Positions 17,986-27,731 of a stretch of DNA of 64,000 nucleotides are shown one piece after another. The first letter of the stretch is position 1. Each line of letters opens with the position of its first letter. This DNA comes from an uncultured Chloroflexia bacterium. GTDB taxonomy: Bacteria; Chloroflexota; Limnocylindria; Limnocylindrales; CSP1-4. The notes below the pieces were generated by a model. That model made no database searches. It saw only the letters and a program-made list of their open reading frames with translations, and had not been told where the DNA came from. The stretch spans positions 215,828-279,827 of the forward strand of contig CAWGVH010000003.1 of assembly GCA_963825995.1 (NCBI GenBank), written 5' to 3'. The translations under genes were made by a program, and so were the position numbers.

Positions 17986-18214
17986 GCTGCGCATCACCCT
18001 GCGTCGCTCGACGGTGGGCACCAACCCCAGCGCCCGAGGCACCGTCCGGGCCCTTGGCCTGGACCGCATCGGACACACCGTCGAACTCACCGACGACCCC
18101 GCCCTGCGCGGCCAGGTGCGTGCCGTGCGCTACCTCGTCGACGTCGAGGAGGTCGCCGCCGTGCCGGCCAGAAGCAAGGCCGCCGCCAGCAAGAAGGAGG
18201 AGGCAGAGTCGTGA
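17975..18214 (+). CDS. rpmD: 50S ribosomal protein L30
   Basis: [25 protein letters not shown]; 79 aa with a short Lys/Glu tail. Confidence 0.9.
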   Translation: MTAKLRITLRRSTVGTNPSARGTVRALGLDRIGHTVELTDDPALRGQVRAVRYLVDVEEVAAVPARSKAAASKKEEAES

Positions 18215-18858
18215 AGCTCCACGATCTGCAGCCAGCGCCCGGTTCCACGAAGCGCCGCATCCGCGTCGGCCGCGGCATCGCGGCCGGCAAGGGCAAGACC
18301 GCGGGCCGCGGCACCAAGGGCCAGCGCTCACGCGCCGGGGCCAGCATCCCGGCCTGGTTCGAGGGCGGCCAGACACCCATCCACGTGCGCGTCCCGAAGC
18401 TGCGCGGCTTCAAGCGGCGCGACCGCGTCGAGTACCAGGTCGTAAACATCGGGCGCATCTCGGAGTACGCGGCCGCCGGCCGCTTCGGTGGCGAGGTCGG
18501 CGGCAAGGAGCCACTCACCGTGAATGCCGAGGTGCTCGCGGCTGCCGGACTCATCCGGCACGCCGACCGCCCGCTCAAAGTGCTCGGCCTGGGCGATGCC
18601 GAGGTCACGCTCTTCGTGGCTGCCGACGCCTTCACGGCCTCGGCTCGCTCCAAGATCGAGCAGGCTGGCGGCTACGTCCAACTGCTGGCTCCCGTCACCG
18701 CAGCGGCCGGCACTGACGTGGTGGCTGACCCGACGGAGGCCCCGGTGGACGCTGGCGCGGGTGCCGGTGCACCTGCCGAAGCGAGCGTGGACGCGGTGGC
18801 GCCGTCCACCGACGAGACCCCCGACGTCGACGTCGACAGCGGCAAGGCGACTGAGTAA
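18211..18858 (+). CDS. rplO: 50S ribosomal protein L15 with a ~56-aa acidic Ala/Pro/Val-rich C-terminal tail
   Basis: [38 protein letters not shown]; 215 aa. Confidence 0.93.
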   Translation: MKLHDLQPAPGSTKRRIRVGRGIAAGKGKTAGRGTKGQRSRAGASIPAWFEGGQTPIHVRVPKLRGFKRRDRVEYQVVNIGRISEYAAAGRFGGEVGGKEPLTVNAEVLAAAGLIRHADRPLKVLGLGDAEVTLFVAADAFTASARSKIEQAGGYVQLLAPVTAAAGTDVVADPTEAPVDAGAGAGAPAEASVDAVAPSTDETPDVDVDSGKATE

Positions 18859-18861
18859 GCC

Positions 18862-20148
18862 GTGTTCGACGCGCTGGTCAATGCCTTCCGCGCCCCCGAT
18901 ATCCGCCGCAGGATCCTCTTCATCCTGGGCATGCTCGTCATCGTGCGGATGCTGGCCAACGTGCCCGTGCCCGGCATCAACCGCCAGGCCCTCGAAGGCG
19001 TCATCGGTGGCAATGACTTCCTGCAGATGCTCAACCTCTTCTCGGGCGGTGGCCTGGAGAACTTCTCCATCATCGCCCTCGGCGTGAACCCCTACATCAA
19101 CGCCTCGATCATCATGCAGCTCATGACGGGCGTCGTGCCCCGTCTGCAGCAGCTCTCGCGCGAGGGCGAGTACGGCCGCAACAAGATCAACCAGTACACG
19201 CGCTACCTGACGGTGCCCTTGGCCATCCTGCAGTCCTATGGCTACCTGGCGCTGCTGTCGTCGCCGCAGAACGGCGTGGTGCAGGACTTCGACCTGACCA
19301 GCTTCACGACATTGACGCAGATCATCAGCCTCACGGCGGGCACCATCCTGCTGATGTGGATCGGCGAGCTCATCACCGAGCGTGGCATCGGCAACGGCAT
19401 CAGCTTCATCATCTTCGCCGGCATCGTGGCTGGCCTGCCTGCCGCCGTGGCCACCTTCCTGGCCGCCCCGGAGCTGGCGCCTGCCATCCTGTTCGGCGGG
19501 CTGGCGGTGGCCGCCGTGGCCGTCATCGTCTACATCCAGGAAGGCCAGCGCCGCATCCCCATCCAGTACGCCAGCCGCGTCCGCGGCCGGCGCATGTACC
19601 AGGGCGGCGCCACGTTCCTGCCCCTGCGCGTCAACCAGGCCGGCGTCATCCCCATCATCTTCGCCATCAGCATCCTGCTCTTCCCGGTGCAGCTGGCGAC
19701 CTACTTCAGCCGCTCCGGGGGCATCGTCGAGGGCGTGGCCAACACCATCATCGAGTGGCTGAGTCGGGGGAGCCCGCTCTACGCCATCATCTTCTTCCTG
19801 CTGGTGGTGGGCTTCACCTACTTCTACACGGCCTTCACCTTCAAGCCCGCGGAGACCGCCGACCAGCTCCGCAAGAATGGCGGCTTCATCCCTGGCATCA
19901 GGCCAGGGGCACCCACGCGGGACTACCTGTCCAAGGTCGTCTATCGAATCAGCCTCGCCGGCGCCGTCTTCCTGGGCGTCGTCGCGGTCAGTCCCATCAT
20001 CTTCGGCATGATCTTCGCGGGTAGTGTCTTCGGCTCCTTCGCCCTCGGTGGCACGGCGATCCTCATCGTCGTCTCCGTGGTCGTGGAAACGATGAAGCAG
20101 CTCGAGGCGCAGTTGATGATGCGCAACTACGAGGGGTTCATCAGGTGA
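18862..20148 (+). CDS. secY: preprotein translocase subunit SecY
   Basis: GTG start; multi-TM protein; LGVNPYINASIIMQL, WIGELITERGIGNGISFIIFAGI; 428 aa. Confidence 0.95.
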   Translation: MFDALVNAFRAPDIRRRILFILGMLVIVRMLANVPVPGINRQALEGVIGGNDFLQMLNLFSGGGLENFSIIALGVNPYINASIIMQLMTGVVPRLQQLSREGEYGRNKINQYTRYLTVPLAILQSYGYLALLSSPQNGVVQDFDLTSFTTLTQIISLTAGTILLMWIGELITERGIGNGISFIIFAGIVAGLPAAVATFLAAPELAPAILFGGLAVAAVAVIVYIQEGQRRIPIQYASRVRGRRMYQGGATFLPLRVNQAGVIPIIFAISILLFPVQLATYFSRSGGIVEGVANTIIEWLSRGSPLYAIIFFLLVVGFTYFYTAFTFKPAETADQLRKNGGFIPGIRPGAPTRDYLSKVVYRISLAGAVFLGVVAVSPIIFGMIFAGSVFGSFALGGTAILIVVSVVVETMKQLEAQLMMRNYEGFIR

Positions 20149-20858
20149 CATCCATCGCTGCCGCAGACGTGGCGACGCGACCAGGGGGCAGCCGCCGCAT
20201 CATCGTGATGCTGGGTGCCCCAGGGGCCGGCAAGGGCACCCAGGCAGAGCGCCTGGCCAGCACGCTCAACCTGCCGCATATCTCCACGGGCGAGCTCTTC
20301 CGGGCGGCGCTCAAGGGTGACGACCCGCTCGGGGCGAAGGTCCGCAAGTACGTCGAATCCGGCGGCTTGGTGCCCGACGCCATCGTCGTCGAGATGGTGG
20401 GCCAGCGCCTCACGGAGGCCGATGCCGCCGCCGGCTGCATCCTCGATGGCTTCCCCCGCACGGTGGCCCAGGCCATCGCGCTCGATGAGATGCTGGCCTC
20501 GCGTGGAGAGTCTGTCTGTGCTGCGCTCTACGTCGAGGTCGCGGTGGACCTGCTCACGGCGCGCCTCACGGGCCGGCGCATCTGCACGGTCGACGACCAG
20601 CATGTCTATCACGTGGTGGCCCGTCCACCACGCACGGAAGGTCGCTGTGACGTCTGCGAGGCCGAGCTGTACCAGCGACCCGACGACTCGATGGCGACCG
20701 TGCAGAGCCGCCTGGACACGCAGCTGCCACCCATGTACGAGGTCATCGATCACTACGCCGAAAGCGGTGTCCTCTACCCGGTCCGAGGCGACGCCGATGC
20801 CGACGCGGTCACGGAGGACCTCCTCCATGCCCTGGCGACGATCCGGGCGAAAGCCTAG
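20145..20858 (+). CDS. adk: adenylate kinase
   Basis: P-loop GAPGAGKGTQ, ISTGELFR, lid C..D...C..C; 237 aa. The exact start is uncertain (GTG 20145 overlaps the secY stop). Confidence 0.9.
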   Translation: MTSIAAADVATRPGGSRRIIVMLGAPGAGKGTQAERLASTLNLPHISTGELFRAALKGDDPLGAKVRKYVESGGLVPDAIVVEMVGQRLTEADAAAGCILDGFPRTVAQAIALDEMLASRGESVCAALYVEVAVDLLTARLTGRRICTVDDQHVYHVVARPPRTEGRCDVCEAELYQRPDDSMATVQSRLDTQLPPMYEVIDHYAESGVLYPVRGDADADAVTEDLLHALATIRAKA

Positions 20859-20861
20859 AGG

Positions 20862-21698
20862 ATGCTCTTCGACCGCCGCCGGGTGACCCTCAAGTCCCGG
20901 TCGCAGATCGAGCGCATGGCCGAAGCCGGCCGCCTCGTCGGTGATGCGCTGGACGCGATCGGTCAGGCCATCAGGCCGGGGATCACGCCGCTCGAGCTGG
21001 ACGCCATCGCGGCCGAGGTCATCCGCTCGCGGGGCGGGGTGCCCTCCTTCATCGGCGTGCCCGGGCCGCTGGCTCCCTTCGCCCACACCGTCTGTGTCTC
21101 CATCGACGACGAGGTCGTGCACGGGGTTCCCGACGGTCGCGAGATCCGCGAGGGCCAGCTCGTGTCAGTCGACTGTGGCGCCATCGTGGATGGCTGGCAT
21201 GGCGACAGCGCGCGCACCTGGCTGGTGGGCGAGGTCTCCGAGGCAGCCCGCCGCCTCTCCGCCGCCACGCGCGAGGCCATGCTGGCCGGCGTGGCCGCCT
21301 CGCTGCCCGGTCGCACCCTGGAAGACGTCGCCGGCGCCATCGAGGATGTCGGCGTGGCCCACGGCTACGGCATCGTGCGTGCCTACGTCGGCCACGGCAT
21401 CGGCAACGAGATGCACGAGGAGCCCCAGGTCACCAACTACCGCACCGGCCGTCGCGGCCGCCGCATCGAGCCGGGGCTGTGCATCGCCATCGAGCCCATG
21501 TTCACACTTGGCGGCCACGAGACACGGGTCAAGCCCGATGGCTGGACGGTGGCCACCATGGACGGCAGTCTGGCCGCCCACTGGGAGCACACCATCGCCA
21601 TCACCGAGGACGGGCCTCGCATCCTGACGCTCGGCCGCGACGAGGGCGTGGGGGCGGGCGGCGGCGCGGCCGTCGAGGCCATCGAGGCCGTGGCGTGA
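20862..21698 (+). CDS. map: type I methionyl aminopeptidase
   Basis: [45 protein letters not shown] metal-site motifs; 278 aa. Confidence 0.93.
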   Translation: MLFDRRRVTLKSRSQIERMAEAGRLVGDALDAIGQAIRPGITPLELDAIAAEVIRSRGGVPSFIGVPGPLAPFAHTVCVSIDDEVVHGVPDGREIREGQLVSVDCGAIVDGWHGDSARTWLVGEVSEAARRLSAATREAMLAGVAASLPGRTLEDVAGAIEDVGVAHGYGIVRAYVGHGIGNEMHEEPQVTNYRTGRRGRRIEPGLCIAIEPMFTLGGHETRVKPDGWTVATMDGSLAAHWEHTIAITEDGPRILTLGRDEGVGAGGGAAVEAIEAVA

Positions 21699-21716
21699 CG
21701 CCGGCCCAAGCCGCGC

Positions 21717-21746
21717 TTGCTGTGCCGCGGCCGCATCTGGTACACT
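21717..21746 (+). promoter_or_regulatory. candidate promoter for infA-rpmJ-rpsM-rpsK-rpsD-rpoA-rplQ
   Basis: TTGCTG, 18-nt spacer, TGg-TACACT (21738-21746). Same extended -10 as the rpsL promoter; about 110 nt upstream of infA. Confidence 0.45.
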
Positions 21747-21858
21747 CTCCCTTCGCGCGCCGGGACTGCCCCGGCGCTTGCTGGCGCCATGCCGATCAGC
21801 TCGGCGGGAGCGCCGGACCCATTCCAGCAGCACAGTAGTCGGGAGTCAGCGGTCGCCT

Positions 21859-22077
21859 GTGGGCAAGAAGGATGCCATCGAGGTCGAGGGAACGGTCATC
21901 GAGCCGTTGCCGAACACCATGTTCCGGATCGAGCTCGAAGACAAGCATCAGGTCCTCGCCCACATCAGCGGCAAGCTGCGGATGAACTTCATCCGCATCC
22001 TTCCCGGCGATCGCGTCCGCGTCGAGTTGTCGCCTTACGACCTCTCCCGCGGTCGCATCACCTATCGGCTCAAGTAG
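21859..22077 (+). CDS. infA: translation initiation factor IF-1
   Basis: GTG 21859; [51 protein letters not shown]; 72 aa. Confidence 0.94.
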   Translation: MGKKDAIEVEGTVIEPLPNTMFRIELEDKHQVLAHISGKLRMNFIRILPGDRVRVELSPYDLSRGRITYRLK

Positions 22078-22095
22078 GGAACGCGAGTAACGATC

Positions 22096-22209
22096 GTGAA
22101 GATCTCGGCATCGGTGAAAAGGCGCTGTGAGCGCTGCAAGGTCATCCGCCGGCACGGCAACCTGATGATCATCTGCACGAACCCCAAGCACAAGCAGCGT
22201 CAGGGCTAG
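22096..22209 (+). CDS. rpmJ: 50S ribosomal protein L36
   Basis: Not in the ORF track (37 aa). GTG 22096, [37 protein letters not shown], stop TAG 22207-22209. Confidence 0.92.
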   Translation: MKISASVKRRCERCKVIRRHGNLMIICTNPKHKQRQG

Positions 22210-22217
22210 GAGGGACC

Positions 22218-22589
22218 GTGGCTCGTATCGCCGGCATCGACATCCCTCGCGAGAAGCGGGTGGAGATCGCGCTGACCTACATCTACGGGATCGGGCTGCC
22301 CACCAGCCAGAAGATCCTCACCCAGGCCAACGTGAACCCGGACACCCGCGTCCGCGACCTCACCGAGGAGCAGGTCAACCGCCTGCGCGAGATCGTCGAC
22401 CGCCGCTACACGGTGGAGGGCGACCTCCGTCGCGAGGTGGCCATGAACATCAAGCGGCTCACCGAGATCGGTTCCTACCGCGGCCTGCGGCACCGCCGCA
22501 ACCTGCCCGTCCGTGGCCAGCGCACCAAGACCAACGCTCGCCAGCGACGCGGCCCCAAGAAGACCGTCGGCGTCCGGCGCAAGAAGTAA
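22218..22589 (+). CDS. rpsM: 30S ribosomal protein S13
   Basis: [26 protein letters not shown]; 123 aa. Confidence 0.95.
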   Translation: MARIAGIDIPREKRVEIALTYIYGIGLPTSQKILTQANVNPDTRVRDLTEEQVNRLREIVDRRYTVEGDLRREVAMNIKRLTEIGSYRGLRHRRNLPVRGQRTKTNARQRRGPKKTVGVRRKK

Positions 22590-22664
22590 TCCCGATCGCT
22601 GTCGCGGGCCGGCTCCTGGCCAGGAGCCACCGCGCGGCCCCCACGCAGGAGAGACACTCGATCG

Positions 22665-23060
22665 ATGGCGGAACGAAAGCGCGCCACGAAGGTCAGGCGC
22701 AAGGAGCGGAAGAACGTGCCCATAGGGCACGTCCACATCCAGGCGTCCTTCAACAACACCATCGTCACCATCACTGACCTCGGTGGTGCGGTGGTGTCCT
22801 GGGGCAGCGCCGGCACGGCGGGCTTCAAGGGGTCGCGCAAGTCCACGCCCTACGCGGCCGCCCTGGCCGCAGATGGTGCTGCCAAGCGTGCCATGGACCA
22901 TGGCATGCGTCAGGTGGAGGTCTTCGTCAAGGGTCCGGGCTCGGGACGCGAGCAGGCCATCCGCTCGCTGCAGGCAGCCGGCCTCGAGGTCAGCGCCATC
23001 ACCGACGTCACCCCGCTCCCGCATAACGGTTGCCGCGCTCCCAAGCGGCGCCGCGTCTAA
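22665..23060 (+). CDS. rpsK: 30S ribosomal protein S11
   Basis: [18 protein letters not shown]...[10 protein letters not shown]; 131 aa. Confidence 0.95.
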   Translation: MAERKRATKVRRKERKNVPIGHVHIQASFNNTIVTITDLGGAVVSWGSAGTAGFKGSRKSTPYAAALAADGAAKRAMDHGMRQVEVFVKGPGSGREQAIRSLQAAGLEVSAITDVTPLPHNGCRAPKRRRV

Positions 23061-23073
23061 GCGAGGCAACCCC

Positions 23074-23700
23074 ATGGCGCGATACCGCGGCCCCGTTTCC
23101 CGACTCTGCCGGCGCGAGGGCATGAAGCTCTTCCTCAAGGGCAGCAAGTGTTACACCAAGAAGTGCCCATTCGAGCGCCGTGGGACGCCCCCCGGCCAGC
23201 ATGGGGTGCGCCGCCGCAAGATGTCCAACTACGGCATCCAGCTGCGCGAGAAGCAGAAGGTGCGGCGGGTGTACATGGTCAACGAGCGGCCCTTCAAGCG
23301 CTACTTCGAGACGGCTGAATCGCGCCCCGGCGTGACCGGCGAGAACCTCCTGCGTCTGCTCGAGACTCGCCTGGATAACGTCGTCTATCGCATGGGGTTT
23401 GCGAGCAGCCGTGCCCAGGCCCGCCAGCTCGTGGGCCACGGCCACTTCCTCGTCAACGACCGGCGCACCAACATCCCTTCGTTCCACGTGCGCGAAGGCG
23501 ACCGCATCGAGGTCCGCCCGAGCAGCCGCAAGACGGAGTACTTCAAGACCCTCAAGGACGCCCTCGGCGGCGCCCAGAAGCCAGACTGGGTAGCCGTGGA
23601 CGCCGACAAGTTCGTCGGCACCGTGTCCTCGCTGCCGACCCGCGACCAGATGCCGCTCGAGCTCAACGAGCAGCTGGTGGTCGAGTACTACTCGAGGTAA
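23074..23700 (+). CDS. rpsD: 30S ribosomal protein S4
   Basis: ATG 23074, MARYRGPVSRLCRREGMKLFLKG...LETRLDNVVYRMGFA; 208 aa. Confidence 0.95.
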   Translation: MARYRGPVSRLCRREGMKLFLKGSKCYTKKCPFERRGTPPGQHGVRRRKMSNYGIQLREKQKVRRVYMVNERPFKRYFETAESRPGVTGENLLRLLETRLDNVVYRMGFASSRAQARQLVGHGHFLVNDRRTNIPSFHVREGDRIEVRPSSRKTEYFKTLKDALGGAQKPDWVAVDADKFVGTVSSLPTRDQMPLELNEQLVVEYYSR

Positions 23701-23709
23701 GGCTGCGAC

Positions 23710-24717
23710 ATGATCGAGTTGGAGAACGCGCAGATCGCGTCCATCGAGGACCCGCAAGACCAGACCTACGGCAAGTACGAGGCCAGCCCGTTGCGCGCTG
23801 GCTACGGCGTCACGCTGGGAAACGCCCTGCGGCGGGTGCTGCTCTCGTCGCTGGAGGGTGCCGCTGTCACGTCCGTGCAGATCCGTGACGTATCGCACGA
23901 GTTCAGCACCATCCCCGGGGTCAAGGAGGATGTCATCCAGATCCTCCTCAACCTCAAGCGGCTGCGCCTCAAGGGCTACGTGCCGCACCCCACCCAGCTC
24001 AAGCTCGTCAAGAGCGGCGCTGGCCCGGTCACTGCGGCGGACATCGTCGAATCAGCTGATGTCGAGATCGTCAACCCGGAGCAGCACATCCTGACGCTGG
24101 AGCCGGACGCCACCATCGAGATGGACCTGACGGTGGAGCGGGGCACAGGCTACCTCTCCGCGGATGACACCAAGGAAGGCCTGCCCATCGGGGTCATCCC
24201 CGTGGATGCCATCTTCACGCCGGTCCGCCGTATCGACTACCACGTCGAGAACACCCGCGTCGGCCAGGTCACCAACTATGACAAGCTGACCCTGGAGATC
24301 GAGACCGACGGCACCATCACGCCGGAGGAAGCCCTCTCGCGTGCAGCCGAGATGCTTGTCGAGCAATTCGGCCAGTTCACGGCCGCCGGCCGCAAGCTGA
24401 CCAGCGAGGTGGAGGCCGTGGCCGGCGCCGAGGCACTGCCGCCCAACGTGCTGGACATGCCCATCGAGGACCTCGACCTGCCCATGCGGGCCTACAACTC
24501 GCTGAAGCGCAACAACATCGTCAAGGTCGGCCAGCTCCTGCAGCTCCAGGACGAGGACCTGCTGCGCATGCGCAACTTCGGCAAGAAGTCCCTCGACGAG
24601 ATGAAGGACCGCCTGCGCATGCGGGGCTTCCTGCCCCCTGAGGACGAGGCCTTCGAGGGCCTCGACGAGGAGGATGAGGACGAGCAGCCCTTCGATGAGG
24701 ACGAGGAGGACGTCTAG
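23710..24717 (+). CDS. rpoA: RNA polymerase alpha subunit (acidic C-terminal tail)
   Basis: GYGVTLGNALRRVLLSS, C-terminal domain LDLPMRAYNSLKRNNIVKVGQL; 335 aa. Confidence 0.95.
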   Translation: MIELENAQIASIEDPQDQTYGKYEASPLRAGYGVTLGNALRRVLLSSLEGAAVTSVQIRDVSHEFSTIPGVKEDVIQILLNLKRLRLKGYVPHPTQLKLVKSGAGPVTAADIVESADVEIVNPEQHILTLEPDATIEMDLTVERGTGYLSADDTKEGLPIGVIPVDAIFTPVRRIDYHVENTRVGQVTNYDKLTLEIETDGTITPEEALSRAAEMLVEQFGQFTAAGRKLTSEVEAVAGAEALPPNVLDMPIEDLDLPMRAYNSLKRNNIVKVGQLLQLQDEDLLRMRNFGKKSLDEMKDRLRMRGFLPPEDEAFEGLDEEDEDEQPFDEDEEDV

Positions 24718-24720
24718 CCG

Positions 24721-25074
24721 ATGGCTCACCGCATCGACGGGCGCAAGCTGGGCCGCAAGACCGGGCCCCGCATGGCGCTCTATGCCAACCTCGTGGTGGC
24801 CGTGCTCCGCTACGAGCGCATCAAGACGACCGAGGCGCGCGCCAGCGAGGTGCGCGGCATGGTCGAACACGTCATCACGCTGGCCAAGGGGGGCACGCTG
24901 GCTGAGCGCCGCCGCATCGTGGCCCAGCTGCCTAACGAGCCGCTCGTGATCGACAAGCTCTACGACGAGATCGTGCCCCGCTACGGGGATCGCAGCTCGG
25001 GCTTCACCCGGGTCGTCAAGCTCGGCCCTCGCGCCGGTGATGCCGCCCCGATCGTCCAGCTCGAGCTGGTCTAG
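24721..25074 (+). CDS. rplQ: 50S ribosomal protein L17
   Basis: MAHRIDGRKLGRKTGPRMALYANLV; 117 aa. Confidence 0.94.
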   Translation: MAHRIDGRKLGRKTGPRMALYANLVVAVLRYERIKTTEARASEVRGMVEHVITLAKGGTLAERRRIVAQLPNEPLVIDKLYDEIVPRYGDRSSGFTRVVKLGPRAGDAAPIVQLELV

Positions 25075-25147
25075 CCAACCCGCCCGGACCCACGCGGATG
25101 AGCGTGGCCGGACGGACCACAGGAAGCCTGCCCGAGAGGGCGGCCCC

Positions 25148-25942
25148 GTGCGGTACCGCGCACGGGTCGAATACGACGGCACCGAGTTCGCCGGCTTCCA
25201 GGCCCAGCCTGGCCGTCGGACCGTCCAGGGAGAGTTGGAACGCGCGCTTGCCCACCTGTATGGGGGCGGCCGCGTCAGGGTCTCCGCGGCCGGTCGGACG
25301 GATGCCGGGGTGCATGCCACTGGCCAGGTGATCGCCTTCACGTGGACGGGGGCCATGCCCGCGAAGCGGCTTGGTCAGGCCATCGCGGCGCTCTTGCCCC
25401 GGGATGTCATGATCGGGCCCTTGCGACGGGTGGCATTGGACTTCGACCCGCGACGCACTGCGACGCGGAGGGAGTACCGCTACTCCGTCTGGACGGGACC
25501 GCGCAGCCCGCTGCGCGAGCGCTTTGCCTACGGACTCGACGAGCACCTCGATGTCGAGGCCATGCACGCCGCCGCCAGGCACCTGGTGGGGGAGCATGAC
25601 TTCTCGGCATTCGGGCGTGTCACGGAGCGTTCCGTGCGGACCTTGTTCGAGGTCCGGGTGCGCAGGCAGGGCCACCTGGTGACGATCGACGTGATCGGGG
25701 ACGCCTTCCTGCGACAGATGGTGCGCAGCATCGTGGCCGCACTCATCCGCATCGGGATGGGACGAGCCACCGCGGAGGACCTGGTGAACGAGCTTCGCTC
25801 GCCAGGACGAGCCTTCGCCGGAGCGGTCGTCCCGCCGCACGGGCTTTGCCTGCGGCGGGTGGCGATCGGGCCGCCAAGACGAAAGACGACTACGAGGAAG
25901 AACGACAAGGGCCATGAGCAGGACCTACACGCCGAAGGCTAG
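25148..25942 (+). CDS. truA: tRNA pseudouridine(38-40) synthase
   Basis: GTG 25148; RYRARVEYDGTEFAGFQAQPG...AAGRTDAGVHATGQV (catalytic Asp). Overlaps rplM by 29 nt; the start is approximate. Confidence 0.85.
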   Translation: MRYRARVEYDGTEFAGFQAQPGRRTVQGELERALAHLYGGGRVRVSAAGRTDAGVHATGQVIAFTWTGAMPAKRLGQAIAALLPRDVMIGPLRRVALDFDPRRTATRREYRYSVWTGPRSPLRERFAYGLDEHLDVEAMHAAARHLVGEHDFSAFGRVTERSVRTLFEVRVRRQGHLVTIDVIGDAFLRQMVRSIVAALIRIGMGRATAEDLVNELRSPGRAFAGAVVPPHGLCLRRVAIGPPRRKTTTRKNDKGHEQDLHAEG

Positions 25943-26363
25943 TGAGATCGAGCGCCGCTGGCTGGTCGTCGACGCCGACGGCCAGACCCTGGGCCGTCTC
26001 GCCACGCGCGTGGCGAGACTGCTGACGGGCAAGCACAAGCCCGGATACGCCACCCACATCGACGTCGGCGACCACGTCATCGTCGTCAACGCGGCCAAGG
26101 TCAAGGTCACCGGTGACAAGGCGCAGTCGATGCGCTACAGCCGCCACAGCGGCTATCCGGGTGGCTACCGCGAGGAGACGTTCGCCCAGCTCCTGGCGCG
26201 ACGTCCGGAGGAAGTCGTGCGCCGCGCAGTCAAGGGCATGGTGCCGCACACGACCCTGGGCACGCAGCAGATGCGCAAGCTGAAGGTCTACGCAGGCAAG
26301 GACCATCCGCATGAGGCACAGCAGCCGGAACCTGAGCCGGTAGCAGGAGGCGCTCGCTCATGA
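25914..26363 (+). CDS. rplM: 50S ribosomal protein L13
   Basis: [30 protein letters not shown]; 149 aa. Confidence 0.95.
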   Translation: MSRTYTPKASEIERRWLVVDADGQTLGRLATRVARLLTGKHKPGYATHIDVGDHVIVVNAAKVKVTGDKAQSMRYSRHSGYPGGYREETFAQLLARRPEEVVRRAVKGMVPHTTLGTQQMRKLKVYAGKDHPHEAQQPEPEPVAGGARS

Positions 26364-26758
26364 ACCAGGTCACCTTCCACGAGGGCACCGGCCGCCGCAA
26401 GACGGCCGTCGCTCGAGTCCGGTTGCTGGCCGGAGAGGGTGAGGTCGTCGTCAACGGCCGCAGCCTGGAGGAGCACTTCGGCAATGCCGTCGACCTCAAC
26501 GCCATCCTCATGCCCTTCCGTGTGACGGGTACCGAGGGCCGCTACAACGTCATGGTCAAGGTGCAGGGCGGTGGCCACCATGGCCAGGCCGGTGCCATCC
26601 GCCATGGCATCGCGCGCGCCCTGCTGGCGTCGGACCCGGAGGGTGCCCGTGCGCCGCTGCGCCAGGCCGGCTTCCTGACGCGTGACCCACGTATGAAGGA
26701 GCGCAAGAAGTACGGCCTCAAGCGGGCTCGCAAGGCGCCGCAGTTCACCAAGCGCTAG
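26360..26758 (+). CDS. rpsI: 30S ribosomal protein S9
   Basis: [12 protein letters not shown]...[19 protein letters not shown]...[17 protein letters not shown]; 132 aa. Confidence 0.95.
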   Translation: MNQVTFHEGTGRRKTAVARVRLLAGEGEVVVNGRSLEEHFGNAVDLNAILMPFRVTGTEGRYNVMVKVQGGGHHGQAGAIRHGIARALLASDPEGARAPLRQAGFLTRDPRMKERKKYGLKRARKAPQFTKR

Positions 26759-26771
26759 ATCCCTCGCGTGG

Positions 26772-26788
26772 GCCGGTCGGCGACCGGC
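26772..26788 (+). terminator. candidate hairpin after rpsI (no U-tract)
   Basis: GCCGGTC ggc GACCGGC, 14 nt after the rpsI stop, at the end of the ribosomal gene run. Confidence 0.25.
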
Positions 26789-26843
26789 TCCCTGACCATC
26801 GGCGGATCGCCCGGGGCGGGCCGATGCGCGAGCCTAGTCAGCC

Positions 26844-27581
26844 ATGATGGAACAGGGCTCCGTCCGCTACCGGGAAGCGCTGCGGCGCGGCCATGTAGCC
26901 GTCGCCAGGGGGCGTCCACGCGAGTCGATCGCACACTATGAGGAGGCCGCTCGGCTCGCCGAACGCCGGGCTCTGCCGTTCGTGTCGATGGGCTCGGTGT
27001 ACCTCCAGATGCACCAGCCTCGTGAAGCGATCCAGGCCTTCGATGACGCCCTCGAGCGGGCGCCCGGCGATACGGGCGCCTTGCGCGGCAAGATCGCCGC
27101 GCTGGAGGCTGACGGCCGCAGCGCAGAAGCGCACGCTCTGGCCCAGCGCGCAGCCGAGCTGGAGGCCATGGAGCGCGCCGGCAAGGGTGGCTCAGCGGTC
27201 CCCGACGAGCGCCGTGGCGAGCTGGAGCGCTTCATCGCCGATGGCGAGCAAGCGCGGGTGGCGGGGGATCTGGACCGTGCGGCAGCTGCCTTCCACGCGG
27301 CCGCCACCGGCTACGCCGGTGAGGGCGCGTTCGACGCCGCCATGGATGCTTGTCTTCGGGCACTCGAGTCGCGTCCCGGTGCCATCGACGTGCATTTCAC
27401 CATGGCGCATCTCTACCTGCGGCGCGGCTGGTCAGACCTCGCCGTGCAGCGCGTCAAGCTCATCGACCATCGCCTCGGCATCGACGCTGATCCGCGCCGC
27501 CAGGCCGCCCTGCAGGCACTGGCGTACGACTACCGGGCCCTGGACCCGGAGCTCGAGGACCTGGCCGGCCCGCGAGTCTGA
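26844..27581 (+). CDS. TPR-like repeat protein, function unknown
   Basis: Ala/Leu/Arg-rich helical repeats (AIAHYEEAARLA..., AIQAFDDALERAP...); high GC3 in this frame; 245 aa. Confidence 0.65.
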   Translation: MMEQGSVRYREALRRGHVAVARGRPRESIAHYEEAARLAERRALPFVSMGSVYLQMHQPREAIQAFDDALERAPGDTGALRGKIAALEADGRSAEAHALAQRAAELEAMERAGKGGSAVPDERRGELERFIADGEQARVAGDLDRAAAAFHAAATGYAGEGAFDAAMDACLRALESRPGAIDVHFTMAHLYLRRGWSDLAVQRVKLIDHRLGIDADPRRQAALQALAYDYRALDPELEDLAGPRV

Positions 27582-27731
27582 TCGACGCGCCCGTCGCCCG
27601 CACCTGACGGCAGCGGCAGGACCGGCCACAATAGCCGCCATGCCCGCCCTCCTCGAGGATCACCAGCGCATCGCCCGAACCTTTCTCGCGGTCCTGCCCG
27701 CGAGCCTGCCCGTCGCTGCCGCGCTGCCGTC

